NCBI GenBank assembly: GCA_963790825.1
Contig: CAWBPM010000002.1
Coordinates: 295,159-359,158, forward strand
Reading direction: 5' to 3'
Length of the DNA: 64,000 bases
DNA from: Candidatus Levyibacteriota bacterium
GTDB lineage: Bacteria; Patescibacteriota; Microgenomatia; Levybacterales; UBA12049
Made by a program: the position numbers and the translations under genes. Numbering within the stretch: the stretch's first letter is position 1; each line of letters begins with the position of its first letter. This document shows, one piece after another, positions 47,703 through 57,244 of the stretch. The notes below the pieces were generated by a model. That model searched no databases, was not told where the DNA came from, and saw nothing but the letters and a program-made list of their open reading frames with translations.

Positions 47703-47788
47703 TGGTACCGCGAGAGAGACTCGAACTCTCATGTCCTTGCGGACGAAGGCTCTTAAGGCCTTTGTGTCTACCATTCCACCACCGCGGC
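47703..47788 (-). tRNA. tRNA-Leu(TAA)
   Basis: GCCGCGG/TCGCGGT acceptor, AAGGC-CTTAAGA-GCCTT anticodon arm, long variable arm, CCA encoded. Confidence 0.95.
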
Positions 47789-47930
47789 GCGCACTGCGTG
47801 GAAAAACACCCCTGGTTTCACCCACGCCTGTCAAGCAGGCGAACTCGACCAAAGGTCTCCGTTCCAGCTTTCATCCTCTTTAGGTTGCGCTACAGCTGTA
47901 ACACTAATCAAGCGCTGTAACCGCGCAACT
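47789..47930 (-). ncRNA. candidate structured RNA directly upstream of tRNA-Leu
   Basis: GC-rich non-coding stretch with stems GTTGCGC/GCGCAAC, TACAGC/GCTGTA, CGCCTG/CAGGCG, GCGTGG/CCACGC. Confidence 0.4.
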
Positions 47931-47964
47931 ATAAATTGTATTTTACTTGAAACCGCTTGGTTAT

Positions 47965-48933
47965 TCAACTATGCTGAGGCGGGGTGACTCCCTCAACTTG
48001 CAGCGAATAATCAAGGAGTGATTTCATTTCACTTCTCCTGTCCTCTGAGTTGAGTAAGATTCCGATGACTTCATGACCTTGGTAGTTTAAGTAAGTAATG
48101 AGGCAATATCCTGCTTCCGGTGTATAACCGGTTTTAATTCCTTTAACACCCGGGTAGGTAGTAAGCAGGTTTGTCTCATTATAAATATCATATGCTTTAT
48201 GCGTACTGCTTGCCGCTAAGTGATACTCCGTGCTTGCAGCTATATGAACAAATAGGGGGAAATTATCCAGGGCATATTTACTGATAACCAGAAGATCTTG
48301 TGACGTTGTATATTGCTTACCATCTCCTTCCAAACCCGTCGGATTGCTAAAGTGCGTGTCGGTGAGCCCAAGTGCTTGCGCTTTATCATTCATTGCTTGA
48401 ATAAAAGCCGTACGTCCTCCGGGGTAATTGCCAGCCAGTGTTTCCGCAGCATCATTACCCGAATTAAGAATCAATCCGTAAAGCAGCTCTTCAAGCGACA
48501 ATATTTCTCCGGGTGAAAGCCCCATACTATCTTCTCCCACCAGGTCGGATCCATCTACTACATACCTATCATCTGCTTTCTTATTTTCTAAAGCAACTAT
48601 TGCGGTCATAATTTTTGTTAACGATGCCATAGGAAGTCTTTGGGTCGGGTTTTTTTCAAAAATAGCTTTATTTTCTAAAAGATCGTAGGTGAGAGCGCTT
48701 TTGGCACCTATGTTGGGTCTGACTATTTCGCTTCCGAGAATTTGTTGAAGACTGGGAAACCAGAAATCAAGATTGGTTACTTCTCTATTTTTTCCAAGCA
48801 TTAAAAAACCAGGCAAGGGAGAAGTATAAGATATAGTCCGCTCACTGACCGGTGTGAATAGCCAAAGCAATAAACTGAAAAGAATGGAAGCCAGAATAAC
48901 AGTCGTAAGATAGAGAAGCCAATGTTTGAGCAT
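47965..48933 (-). CDS. D-alanyl-D-alanine carboxypeptidase (peptidase S11)
   Basis: ASLTKIMT, SGNDAA, IKTGYT. Confidence 0.93.
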   Translation of the reverse strand: MLKHWLLYLTTVILASILFSLLLWLFTPVSERTISYTSPLPGFLMLGKNREVTNLDFWFPSLQQILGSEIVRPNIGAKSALTYDLLENKAIFEKNPTQRLPMASLTKIMTAIVALENKKADDRYVVDGSDLVGEDSMGLSPGEILSLEELLYGLILNSGNDAAETLAGNYPGGRTAFIQAMNDKAQALGLTDTHFSNPTGLEGDGKQYTTSQDLLVISKYALDNFPLFVHIAASTEYHLAASSTHKAYDIYNETNLLTTYPGVKGIKTGYTPEAGYCLITYLNYQGHEVIGILLNSEDRRSEMKSLLDYSLQVEGVTPPQHS

Positions 48934-49022
48934 TGTTTTATGATATCACAGAGAAAAGGGGCAATGCAGTCCTATATATCTTTTGCTAAATGCTATGGTA
49001 TAATAAACTGTAGCATTTCGTT

Positions 49023-49886
49023 ATGAATATCAAGCCTTTCTCGTTTTCTCTGGTTAGTTTTAATATTTTAGGAACTCCTTATGCAGTATACAAAACCCCG
49101 TCGTCCAGGTTACTTCCGAAACATCGGAAACAGCGCTTCATAAGAATAGCTGAGGAATTGAATTCAGGAGCAGCAGATATTGTCTGCTTTCAGGAAGTAC
49201 ATACCTATCCGCAAGTTCGACTGCTCAAAAAAACCATGACTGAATTTCCTTATATATCCTATAAAAAGTTCTTGTACGGGCCGAGAGGAGGATTGGTAAC
49301 TTTTTCCAAGTTTCCTATCCATTCTTCGGAATATATTACATTTAATAAGATGGGGACGATTCGCAACAAATCAATTGTGGCAAAAATCAGCAGAAAGGGT
49401 ATCTTGCTGGTAAAACTTGAAAAAGAACCACTATATATTCTGAATACCCATCTGACTGCAAATATCGACTGGAATTGGGTAAGTACGAACCGCTATATTC
49501 CGTTTATTACTTCGCAGCTTGAACAGCTAAAGAATATTGTTAAATCTTTGTCAAATTTCCCGATCGAGATTATCATAGCGGGGGACTTTAATATTCCGAA
49601 AAATTCTATGTATTATAAAATGTTCACGAAGGGACTTAACCTCATGGATGTTTTCCAAAGTTCGCAAAAAAATACTTACAACGAAGAACATCTGCCGCTA
49701 GGTAAGAAATCGGAGTGTGTCGATTTTATTTTTATCGTGAAAAACGGTACGCCGTTTAAAGTGGAAGAAAAAGAATATGTTTTTGACAAAAAAGTGATTT
49801 TGAATAATATTTCAACCTTTCTCTCGGACCACATCGGACTAAGAGCACGGCTGCAATTTGCTTTCGGAAATAAAAAACAGAATTAA
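49023..49886 (+). CDS. endonuclease/exonuclease/phosphatase family protein
   Basis: SFNI, CFQEV, NTHL, AGDFN, SDH. Confidence 0.9.
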   Translation: MNIKPFSFSLVSFNILGTPYAVYKTPSSRLLPKHRKQRFIRIAEELNSGAADIVCFQEVHTYPQVRLLKKTMTEFPYISYKKFLYGPRGGLVTFSKFPIHSSEYITFNKMGTIRNKSIVAKISRKGILLVKLEKEPLYILNTHLTANIDWNWVSTNRYIPFITSQLEQLKNIVKSLSNFPIEIIIAGDFNIPKNSMYYKMFTKGLNLMDVFQSSQKNTYNEEHLPLGKKSECVDFIFIVKNGTPFKVEEKEYVFDKKVILNNISTFLSDHIGLRARLQFAFGNKKQN

Positions 49887-49944
49887 AATTGCCTGTCTTT
49901 TTTATCTCTTGTCGTTTTTGTTTTTTTCATTATATAATTGTTTT

Positions 49945-50718
49945 ATGGATTTTCTGCATGCAACCATCCTATCAATAGTTGAGGGAGTTAGCGAATTCCT
50001 GCCCATTTCCTCAACCGGACACCAGGTGCTGACTGCAAGTCTCCTCAATATTCCCGAAACGGACTTTGTCAAAAGCTTTGAAATTATCATCCAGCTTGGT
50101 GCAATTATGGCGGTAGTGGTTCTTTATTTTAAGACATTTATGCAAAACTTAGAGGTTTGGAAAAGAATTATTGCAGCCTTCATTCCTACGGCAATTGTCG
50201 GTTTCGTTCTCTATAAATTTATTAAGGCCTATCTTTTGGGTAATATCATGGTGACGCTTTGGGCACTTCTCATTGGCGGAGTCATTCTGATTATCTTTGA
50301 ACTCTTATACAAAGAAAAGGATCACCATGTCGAGCAAATTGAACAAATCTCCCTGAAAAATGCTTTTTTTATCGGAGTCTTCCAATCCCTCTCCGTTATT
50401 CCAGGTGTATCTCGTGCTGCTGCGACAATCATCGGAGCATTATTCTTGGGAACGAAAAGAAAGGCAGCTGTTGAGTTCTCATTTCTTCTGGCAGTACCGA
50501 CAATGATAGCGGCTACGGGACTGGATGTGGTGAAGGCAAATTTTTCTTTCTCGTCCCAAGAACTTATCACTTTGGGAATCGGACTGATAATTGCTTTTAT
50601 TACCGCGATGCTTACAATAAAGTTTTTTATTCGTTTTATTCAACATCATACGTTTATTCCTTTCGGCATATACCGCATTCTCCTGGCAATTGTTTTCTGG
50701 CTGGTATTTCTTCGCTAA
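49945..50718 (+). CDS. uppP: undecaprenyl-diphosphate phosphatase
   Basis: VEGVSEFLPISSTGH, IPGVSRAAATI, EFSFLLAVP. Confidence 0.95.
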   Translation: MDFLHATILSIVEGVSEFLPISSTGHQVLTASLLNIPETDFVKSFEIIIQLGAIMAVVVLYFKTFMQNLEVWKRIIAAFIPTAIVGFVLYKFIKAYLLGNIMVTLWALLIGGVILIIFELLYKEKDHHVEQIEQISLKNAFFIGVFQSLSVIPGVSRAAATIIGALFLGTKRKAAVEFSFLLAVPTMIAATGLDVVKANFSFSSQELITLGIGLIIAFITAMLTIKFFIRFIQHHTFIPFGIYRILLAIVFWLVFLR

Positions 50719-53700
50719 ATACTTATATCTTCCGGGCGTAGATTCAACTTTCCTTCAGAAGAATGAAATATAAGATAATAGACAACCGGAATAAAGAATA
50801 GCATAATCGATCCAGAGAACATTAGGCCGGCAATAATGGCTCCACCTAAGCCTTGCCAAAGTGCATTAGACAGAGTAACTGGAATAAGCCCGATAATCGC
50901 AGTGAACGAGGTTAAAGCAATCGGCTCAAGTCTGCTTTCCGCAGCATCAATAATTGCGTCCGTAAACTCCAGTCCAAACCGTAAGTTCTGATTGATCTTG
51001 TCGACAATAAGAATTGAGTTTTTTACTACGATTCCGAAAAGTGCCAAAATACCAATCAGGGCAGGAAAGGAAAGAGGCGTTTGTGTCATGCCGAAAACGA
51101 TAAAGACGCCTGAGATTGACAGCGGGATAACAAGCATGACGATGAATGCCTTACGAAACGATGAAAATTGCAAAACCATGGTAATAATAATGAGCAAAAA
51201 AGAAAGAACCATAGCCTGCAGAATTGAGGTAACAGACTCTTGATTCTGCTGATTGACGCCTCCAGTCGACCAAGAATACCCCTCCGGCAAATTCAATGAG
51301 TCAGCGTATTTTCCGACATCCGCATTCTTTTGACTTACAGAAAAACCTTTTGTGACACTCGCAGTAACTGAAATAGTTCTCTTACCACCCTCCCGAGTAA
51401 TAAGGGTAGGATTTGCTTTTATTGTAATAGTACCAAGCCCCAAAAGTGGAATCGGGCCATTGTTAGTTGGGATCATAATACTGCTGAGCCCTTGGACTGT
51501 TTCCACGCCGGAGTCCGTACGGAACACAATTGATTGATCCTGCGTATTTCCTTGCTCAATTTTTACATTTTGGTCCAGAGTAAATCCCGTCGCATAGGTC
51601 CGAAGCCACAGTCCCACTTGATCCGCCGTTATTCCGGCATCAACTAATTCCTGATAATCAGGGACGAAGACAATCTTGCTCGTTCCTGATTTTATTGATT
51701 TATCGACATTAGTAATACCCGGCTGCTTTTTCAAATATGCTTCTAGAGAATTTGCATAATTATCCAGTACAGTTAAATCGTCACCAAAGAGCTTAACCTG
51801 AATATCTGATCCGGCTGGCGGTCCTCCAGACTCTTCAATAACTGAAAAAATACCCTTTTGATAATTTTTGTATTTACTCCGAATCTCCTGAGCCAAGTCA
51901 ACCGAAGATAGTTTCTGCTCACCAGTCGGTGGAAGAGTTAACGTAATCGTCGCAAGATTCCCTCCACCACCACTTGCACCAAATCCGCTGTCAGGTCCTG
52001 AACCAATGCTAAGAGATGCAAGATGCACCTCGGGAAACTTTCTTAGATCATCCAAGATTTTTATTGATTCTTTTTGAGTTTGCTCAATATTAGTTCCCGC
52101 AGGAAGCTCGAGAGAAACTTGTAAGGATTCCTGCGAACTTGCTGGAAAGAACTCATTTCGAACGAAGCCGAGAGGCAACAGAAGATAAGAGAAAACCGAG
52201 AAAATCACAACCATGATTATTGCTTTTCGCCTATTTGTTTTACTAGATAATATTTTATTGAGTACATATCGATATTTCTCACTAATAATATCAAAACTGA
52301 TAATTCCCCTGTTCAAATATTGCTGTAAATTTCTTCTTCCAGTATTCTTTCTGGTTCGCTGTTTTATGCCAAAAAATCTTACATCAAGATTTATCAAACG
52401 GTTTTTAATTCTGGAATATAACAGATTTTTTACCTGAAAATAAATGAAGAGATTAATAATAAAGAGCAGGATTGTTGGAATAAAATAGATTCCTTTCGGT
52501 GCTAAGACAAGAAATACTACGATAAGAAGAAAAAGGATAATACCGCGGGTCAGAAAAACGACTCTGGCAGGAATACTTGGCTTAAGAATGATAATTACTA
52601 AAGGCAAGGTTATAAACATTGCCACGCCAAACGATGCCAGAAGCGCAGTCGAAACAACAATCGGAATCGGTTTAATAAATTCGCCGATAATGCCGGTCGA
52701 AAGCAGCAGCGGCAGAAATGCCCAGACTGTCGTCAGTGTCGTTGTGAAGATCGCTGTTCTAAAATCCCGCCAGACCAGAAGTCCTGCCTGCATCGGGGTA
52801 AACTTATTAGTTCGATAATAACTGGACAATGCAGAGATAACCACAATCGTATCATCAACTAAAAGCCCGAGGGATAAGAGTAAAGCAAAAAACGCTATGA
52901 AACTTAAGTCAATAGAAGTTCCATGCATAACTATAAATGTAATAAGAAATGTTAGTGGTATCGCAGACGAAGCAACCAAGGCTTGCCGCATTCCTAGAAA
53001 AAGTACAATTACCAAAAATACCAAGGCAAAAGTAATAACAAGGTCGCGAACCAAATCATTAAATTGCCTCTCTATTAAGTCTCCGCTATCAAGGACTGTA
53101 GAGACAGTAAATTGCCCGGGATATTTAGCAACGAATGCTTTAACCGCATTATGAGCATCCTGATCGGAGGAAGTAATATTGGCTGAACTCTTTTTAAAAA
53201 CGCTAAACGTCACAGCCTGAGTTGCTTGATGATTTTTATCTGCAATATATGAACCCACCGATCCAGGCTGCTGGTTAATTGAGATAGTTGCAATATTTGA
53301 TAGAAGCACAGTCGTGTTATTATTGAGAGTTATTCGAAGATTGCGAAGATCTTCAACCGTGGTGATCGTCGGGTCAATCGTGAGCGCAAAGGATGAATTC
53401 GCAGTATTAATATTTCCTGCAGGTTGCGAATTAATTGCAGTAGTAATCAAGCCCGAAAGCGCTTGTGGATTAACTCCATACATGGCAATAGCTTCAGGCT
53501 TAATGACAACCTGAATCTCCTGATTATCGAGTCCCGCTGTATCAACAGTATTTATAGACGATACATCTTTTAAGCTGTCCCTAAGTCCTCTACTGAATCT
53601 AACCAGAGATGCCGGATCATCATCACTGACTGTAAATATCCAAACAGGTGTATTTTGGAAATCAAGTTTCTGAACATGGGGAGTTGTCGCATCTTTTGGT

Positions 53701-54107
53701 AAGTTATTGACACTTTGAACTGCATTCTGCACATCGGTTGTCGCTTTATCAGGATCAACACCGGATAAAAATTGCAGAACAACAACTGAAGTAGAGTTCT
53801 GCGAAGTTGAAGTCATAGTATCAATGTTCGATACATTGCTTACTGCTTTTTCAACCGGGTCTGTTAATAAAGACTCCACGTCGCCAGGATCTGCACCGGG
53901 TAGGGAAGTAGAAATAGTAACAATTGCGATATTAATAGTAGGATTCAAAACACGAGGAATACTCATAAAACTAGTTATGCCAAAGACAATAATGAGAAGG
54001 ACCAGTAGAATAACAAGTCGGGGATTGCGAAGATACCTGGCTATCCTACTGTTTTCAAGCTCAGGATCGAATTTGAGTTTTCGTAAATATGAAGTCAATA
54101 TTGCCAT
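50715..54107 (-). CDS. RND efflux permease (AcrB/CzcA family)
   Basis: GLLVDDTIVV, GIIGEFIKPIP, GIVVKNSILIVD, RLEPIALTS. Confidence 0.93.
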   Translation of the reverse strand: MAILTSYLRKLKFDPELENSRIARYLRNPRLVILLVLLIIVFGITSFMSIPRVLNPTINIAIVTISTSLPGADPGDVESLLTDPVEKAVSNVSNIDTMTSTSQNSTSVVVLQFLSGVDPDKATTDVQNAVQSVNNLPKDATTPHVQKLDFQNTPVWIFTVSDDDPASLVRFSRGLRDSLKDVSSINTVDTAGLDNQEIQVVIKPEAIAMYGVNPQALSGLITTAINSQPAGNINTANSSFALTIDPTITTVEDLRNLRITLNNNTTVLLSNIATISINQQPGSVGSYIADKNHQATQAVTFSVFKKSSANITSSDQDAHNAVKAFVAKYPGQFTVSTVLDSGDLIERQFNDLVRDLVITFALVFLVIVLFLGMRQALVASSAIPLTFLITFIVMHGTSIDLSFIAFFALLLSLGLLVDDTIVVISALSSYYRTNKFTPMQAGLLVWRDFRTAIFTTTLTTVWAFLPLLLSTGIIGEFIKPIPIVVSTALLASFGVAMFITLPLVIIILKPSIPARVVFLTRGIILFLLIVVFLVLAPKGIYFIPTILLFIINLFIYFQVKNLLYSRIKNRLINLDVRFFGIKQRTRKNTGRRNLQQYLNRGIISFDIISEKYRYVLNKILSSKTNRRKAIIMVVIFSVFSYLLLPLGFVRNEFFPASSQESLQVSLELPAGTNIEQTQKESIKILDDLRKFPEVHLASLSIGSGPDSGFGASGGGGNLATITLTLPPTGEQKLSSVDLAQEIRSKYKNYQKGIFSVIEESGGPPAGSDIQVKLFGDDLTVLDNYANSLEAYLKKQPGITNVDKSIKSGTSKIVFVPDYQELVDAGITADQVGLWLRTYATGFTLDQNVKIEQGNTQDQSIVFRTDSGVETVQGLSSIMIPTNNGPIPLLGLGTITIKANPTLITREGGKRTISVTASVTKGFSVSQKNADVGKYADSLNLPEGYSWSTGGVNQQNQESVTSILQAMVLSFLLIIITMVLQFSSFRKAFIVMLVIPLSISGVFIVFGMTQTPLSFPALIGILALFGIVVKNSILIVDKINQNLRFGLEFTDAIIDAAESRLEPIALTSFTAIIGLIPVTLSNALWQGLGGAIIAGLMFSGSIMLFFIPVVYYLIFHSSEGKLNLRPEDISI

Positions 54108-54131
54108 ACATAAAATAAAGTAGTCATCTTA

Positions 54132-55580
54132 TTAATACGCATCCACCTTATCTCCAACGACAACGTTTCTATCGGTAATCACTTGGTCTCCTAGGGTTAG
54201 CCCATGGACAATTGCGACAAAACTAGCAAAAACGCTGCCGAGTGTAACTTGTCTCGTCACTGCTCTATGATTTTTCATTATTAGTAGGTAATCACTGTTC
54301 TGCGTTTGAAAGACGGCGTCAAGCGGAACAAAAGGAGCAGCGGCCAATGTATTCACTGAGCCGATTGGAACATCGACAGATAAGTATGTACCATCTGTAA
54401 CCAAAGAATCCGCGCTATTTGGTATTGCATATGCAATAGCGAACAATTGTCCATCTGTTGCTTCACTCGCTATAAAAATCGGACGAACAGAATAGGACTT
54501 ATCTCCAATATGAAGTGTACTGGCATCGAGTTTTGATATGTTTTCAACGATATTTTGTGGAACCAAAACCACGGCTGTTGCATGTTTATCATTCGATGAA
54601 ATTTCAGCCAGCTGCGTACCGGGATTCACCTGTTCACCAACCCGAACATAAATACGCTCTACTGTACCATTAAACGGACTAACAGGCAGCATCGCCGATG
54701 CGCTCACATCTGCCATGTCTGTCTGAAGCTTACTCACCTCAACATTTAACTCCAACGCTTTTTCCTGCAAATCCAATTGTTTCATCGCTAGGTCGCGCTG
54801 CGCATCTGCAAGCTGTCCGGGAGCCTTGCTGCCATCTGTTTGTTCCTGAAGGTTACTGAGTTGCTGCCTAAGCTGATTCTGTGCCCCTTGGAGCTGGTTA
54901 ATTGTCGATTCTGACTGAACAAGAGCGGATGGAGATGCACCGCTGCTTTGCTCGTCAGATAATTGTTGATTTAACGTATCCAGAATAGTCTGATTAGCAT
55001 TAATCAGCGAATTTGTATCGCTGGCAGATTGGGTAGCAATCTTCTGTTGGTCAGTAAAATTATCATGAGTTATGTTGGTAATATCACGCTGTTTTTGGAT
55101 AGCATCTTTTTGTTCCTGCTCGCTATCAACGGCATTTTGGTACTGCTTGTCAGCAATCTGCGCCTGAAGAGCTGGTGTACTTCCGCCTTGATAATTACTG
55201 GAAAGCGTAAGAATTTGCGTCCCTTGATATACAGAGTCCCCCTCCGAAACCGCAATACTTTGTACAACACCAGAGCTTAAGGCAACTATTTTAATTACCC
55301 CTGCTTTATCAATTTTCGCTTCAAATGTCGATTTCGGTGTCTCGCCGATACTAAATGTATGAACCATTTTCGTTGGGGTACCCGCTTCTATTTCAGGTTT
55401 CGGTGTATTAACAGTATGCCCAATAAGAATGACAATAAAAAGAAAACCTAAGGCAATAAAAAAAGCACCCAATGGCCTATTTTTAATAAAGATAGTTGCT
55501 CTCTTATAACTCTTCCGATGTAGTTCTCTCTGAAAAAATGAATTGATCTTTTCTTTAATGGTTAAAATGATAGATTTCAT
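54132..55580 (-). CDS. RND periplasmic adaptor (membrane fusion protein)
   Basis: N-terminal TM segment, lipoyl half-motifs (VSEGDSV, SPFNGTV), long coiled coil. Confidence 0.85.
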   Translation of the reverse strand: MKSIILTIKEKINSFFQRELHRKSYKRATIFIKNRPLGAFFIALGFLFIVILIGHTVNTPKPEIEAGTPTKMVHTFSIGETPKSTFEAKIDKAGVIKIVALSSGVVQSIAVSEGDSVYQGTQILTLSSNYQGGSTPALQAQIADKQYQNAVDSEQEQKDAIQKQRDITNITHDNFTDQQKIATQSASDTNSLINANQTILDTLNQQLSDEQSSGASPSALVQSESTINQLQGAQNQLRQQLSNLQEQTDGSKAPGQLADAQRDLAMKQLDLQEKALELNVEVSKLQTDMADVSASAMLPVSPFNGTVERIYVRVGEQVNPGTQLAEISSNDKHATAVVLVPQNIVENISKLDASTLHIGDKSYSVRPIFIASEATDGQLFAIAYAIPNSADSLVTDGTYLSVDVPIGSVNTLAAAPFVPLDAVFQTQNSDYLLIMKNHRAVTRQVTLGSVFASFVAIVHGLTLGDQVITDRNVVVGDKVDAY

Positions 55581-56055
55581 GAGATATTAGTAAAGTTTGG
55601 ACACAAAATGAATATGCCTAAAAAAACCTTTGCTATTATAGGATAAATAATTTGGTATGTCAAAGGATACACAAAATTGTATAGTTTTACCCTATTGACA
55701 ACTTACGAGAAGCTTATTATATGATAATGACAAGCTGTAAACCGCTGACCGCAATCGGAAGCAAGATTACTCGCGTTATTTTCTGCCCTGTAACCAAGTA
55801 ATCGAAATAGCCATTTATACTGTATATTATGATATATTCTGCCCAGGATTATCACGACATATTTTTCTTTCGAAATCCCTTTACATTTAAGTTTTGTATT
55901 TGAGGGATTTTTTGTGGAAAAAAAACGTTTAATGAGCTAGAAGGAGGCTTGCCCCTCCGAAGTCTGAACCTAAAACAGAAAATTGTTTAATAAATAATTT
56001 AGGAGCGAAACCATCCGTCGCTAAAGCTTTGGATGGCGAAGGGAGGTGAACAAAT

Positions 56056-56649
56056 ATGACAAATTTAATGAAAAAAGTATCAGTAAGTATCGCGACATTA
56101 TCTTTGCTCGCCGTCGCAAGCACACCAGCAGCATTTGCAAGTGTTACTGTCACCGGGGGTGGTGCACTTTCTAATACAACTGCTAAAGTTACAACGTCTA
56201 GTAGTAATCTGACTGTTCAGAGTAATGTAACTTCTGTAGCAACTTTTACAAATAGCAGCGCAACGACTGGTAATAATTCTTCTTCCTTTAATACAAAAGG
56301 AACAAGTGGCGCGACTTCCGGAACTGCCACATCAACAGTTAAAACAACTGTTATTGGCGGTGTTAATCTGGATATGGCTCCCGCGTGCGGATGCAATACT
56401 ACGACCCCTGACGTTACCGTTAGTGGTGGTGGTGGTGCAGGTTCAAAAACCAGCGCAGATGTGACCCAAAAGAATTCAAATACAACAATTCAGACAAATT
56501 ACACGAATGTTGTAACGGCAACGAATTCCAATGCGTCAAGCGGAGGCAATTCTTCTTCCTTTAATACGGGGGGAACAAGTGGCGCATTATCAGGAGATGC
56601 TACTTCTTCGGTTACAACAACCGTCGGAGTATCGGGAAATGTCCTGTAA
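56056..56649 (+). CDS. secreted S/T/G/N-rich protein with two internal repeats
   Basis: Signal peptide; duplicated TNS.A..G.NSSSFNT.GTSGA.SG.ATS.V.TTV; GGAGGTG SD. Confidence 0.75.
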   Translation: MTNLMKKVSVSIATLSLLAVASTPAAFASVTVTGGGALSNTTAKVTTSSSNLTVQSNVTSVATFTNSSATTGNNSSSFNTKGTSGATSGTATSTVKTTVIGGVNLDMAPACGCNTTTPDVTVSGGGGAGSKTSADVTQKNSNTTIQTNYTNVVTATNSNASSGGNSSSFNTGGTSGALSGDATSSVTTTVGVSGNVL

Positions 56650-56669
56650 GTTTTTACTCGGGTAATGAT

Positions 56670-56709
56670 AAATCTCCCGGCAGATGTCTGTCGGGAGATT
56701 TTATTTTTC
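56670..56709. terminator. probable bidirectional terminator
   Basis: AAATCTCCCGGCAGA/TCTGTCGGGAGATTT hairpin between convergent genes. Confidence 0.7.
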
Positions 56710-57234
56710 CTGAGCTACCACTACAAACCGTTTACTGTCTAAAAAATCAGTGCAGGTATACATCGTAAGTTGTTTTTTCGAACTATCGCCAAGAACGGAT
56801 GTATTGTCCGGCGATACTACTTGCGTATATTGAATGGTAAATATTTGTTTCGTACCATTGTTGTATTTAATTTGAATTTTTTCTCCGGGTTTTGCATTTA
56901 CTAACGGTCCAAAGATGCTTGTCCAGTCATGGCCGTAAATAATACTGTTGCCGATTTCACCCGGAATAGGGGATGAGACTAGATACGATGCTCCTTCAGT
57001 CGTGGTTTCCCAAGTATTATTCGTGATATGAGACTCAAAAATCGGCACGTCGATACGGACATCTTTTATTACGATCTCGACCGGCTTAAGTTTTAACGTT
57101 GAATTATGCGGCGCGGGCTGATGGGTAAAAAACAGTTGGTTCGTAGCGTATTTTTGCCACAGTAAAAATCCGGCACAAAGAAAATAGATAATTCCGGCGA
57201 TAATTAAACCTTGGGGAAGAAAGCGTTTTAGCAT
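56701..57234 (-). CDS. sortase
   Basis: PGEIGNSIIYGH, LTMYTC, KRFVVVA; N-terminal TM segment. Confidence 0.88.
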   Translation of the reverse strand: MLKRFLPQGLIIAGIIYFLCAGFLLWQKYATNQLFFTHQPAPHNSTLKLKPVEIVIKDVRIDVPIFESHITNNTWETTTEGASYLVSSPIPGEIGNSIIYGHDWTSIFGPLVNAKPGEKIQIKYNNGTKQIFTIQYTQVVSPDNTSVLGDSSKKQLTMYTCTDFLDSKRFVVVAQEK

Positions 57235-57244
57235 AAGCGCCTCC

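Noticed and set aside
519-47726. att-like repeats as a CRISPR array or as tRNA pseudogenes
   Set aside because: Spacing is kilobases and irregular, no cas genes are present, and the copies lack the T-stem, D arm and anticodon arm.
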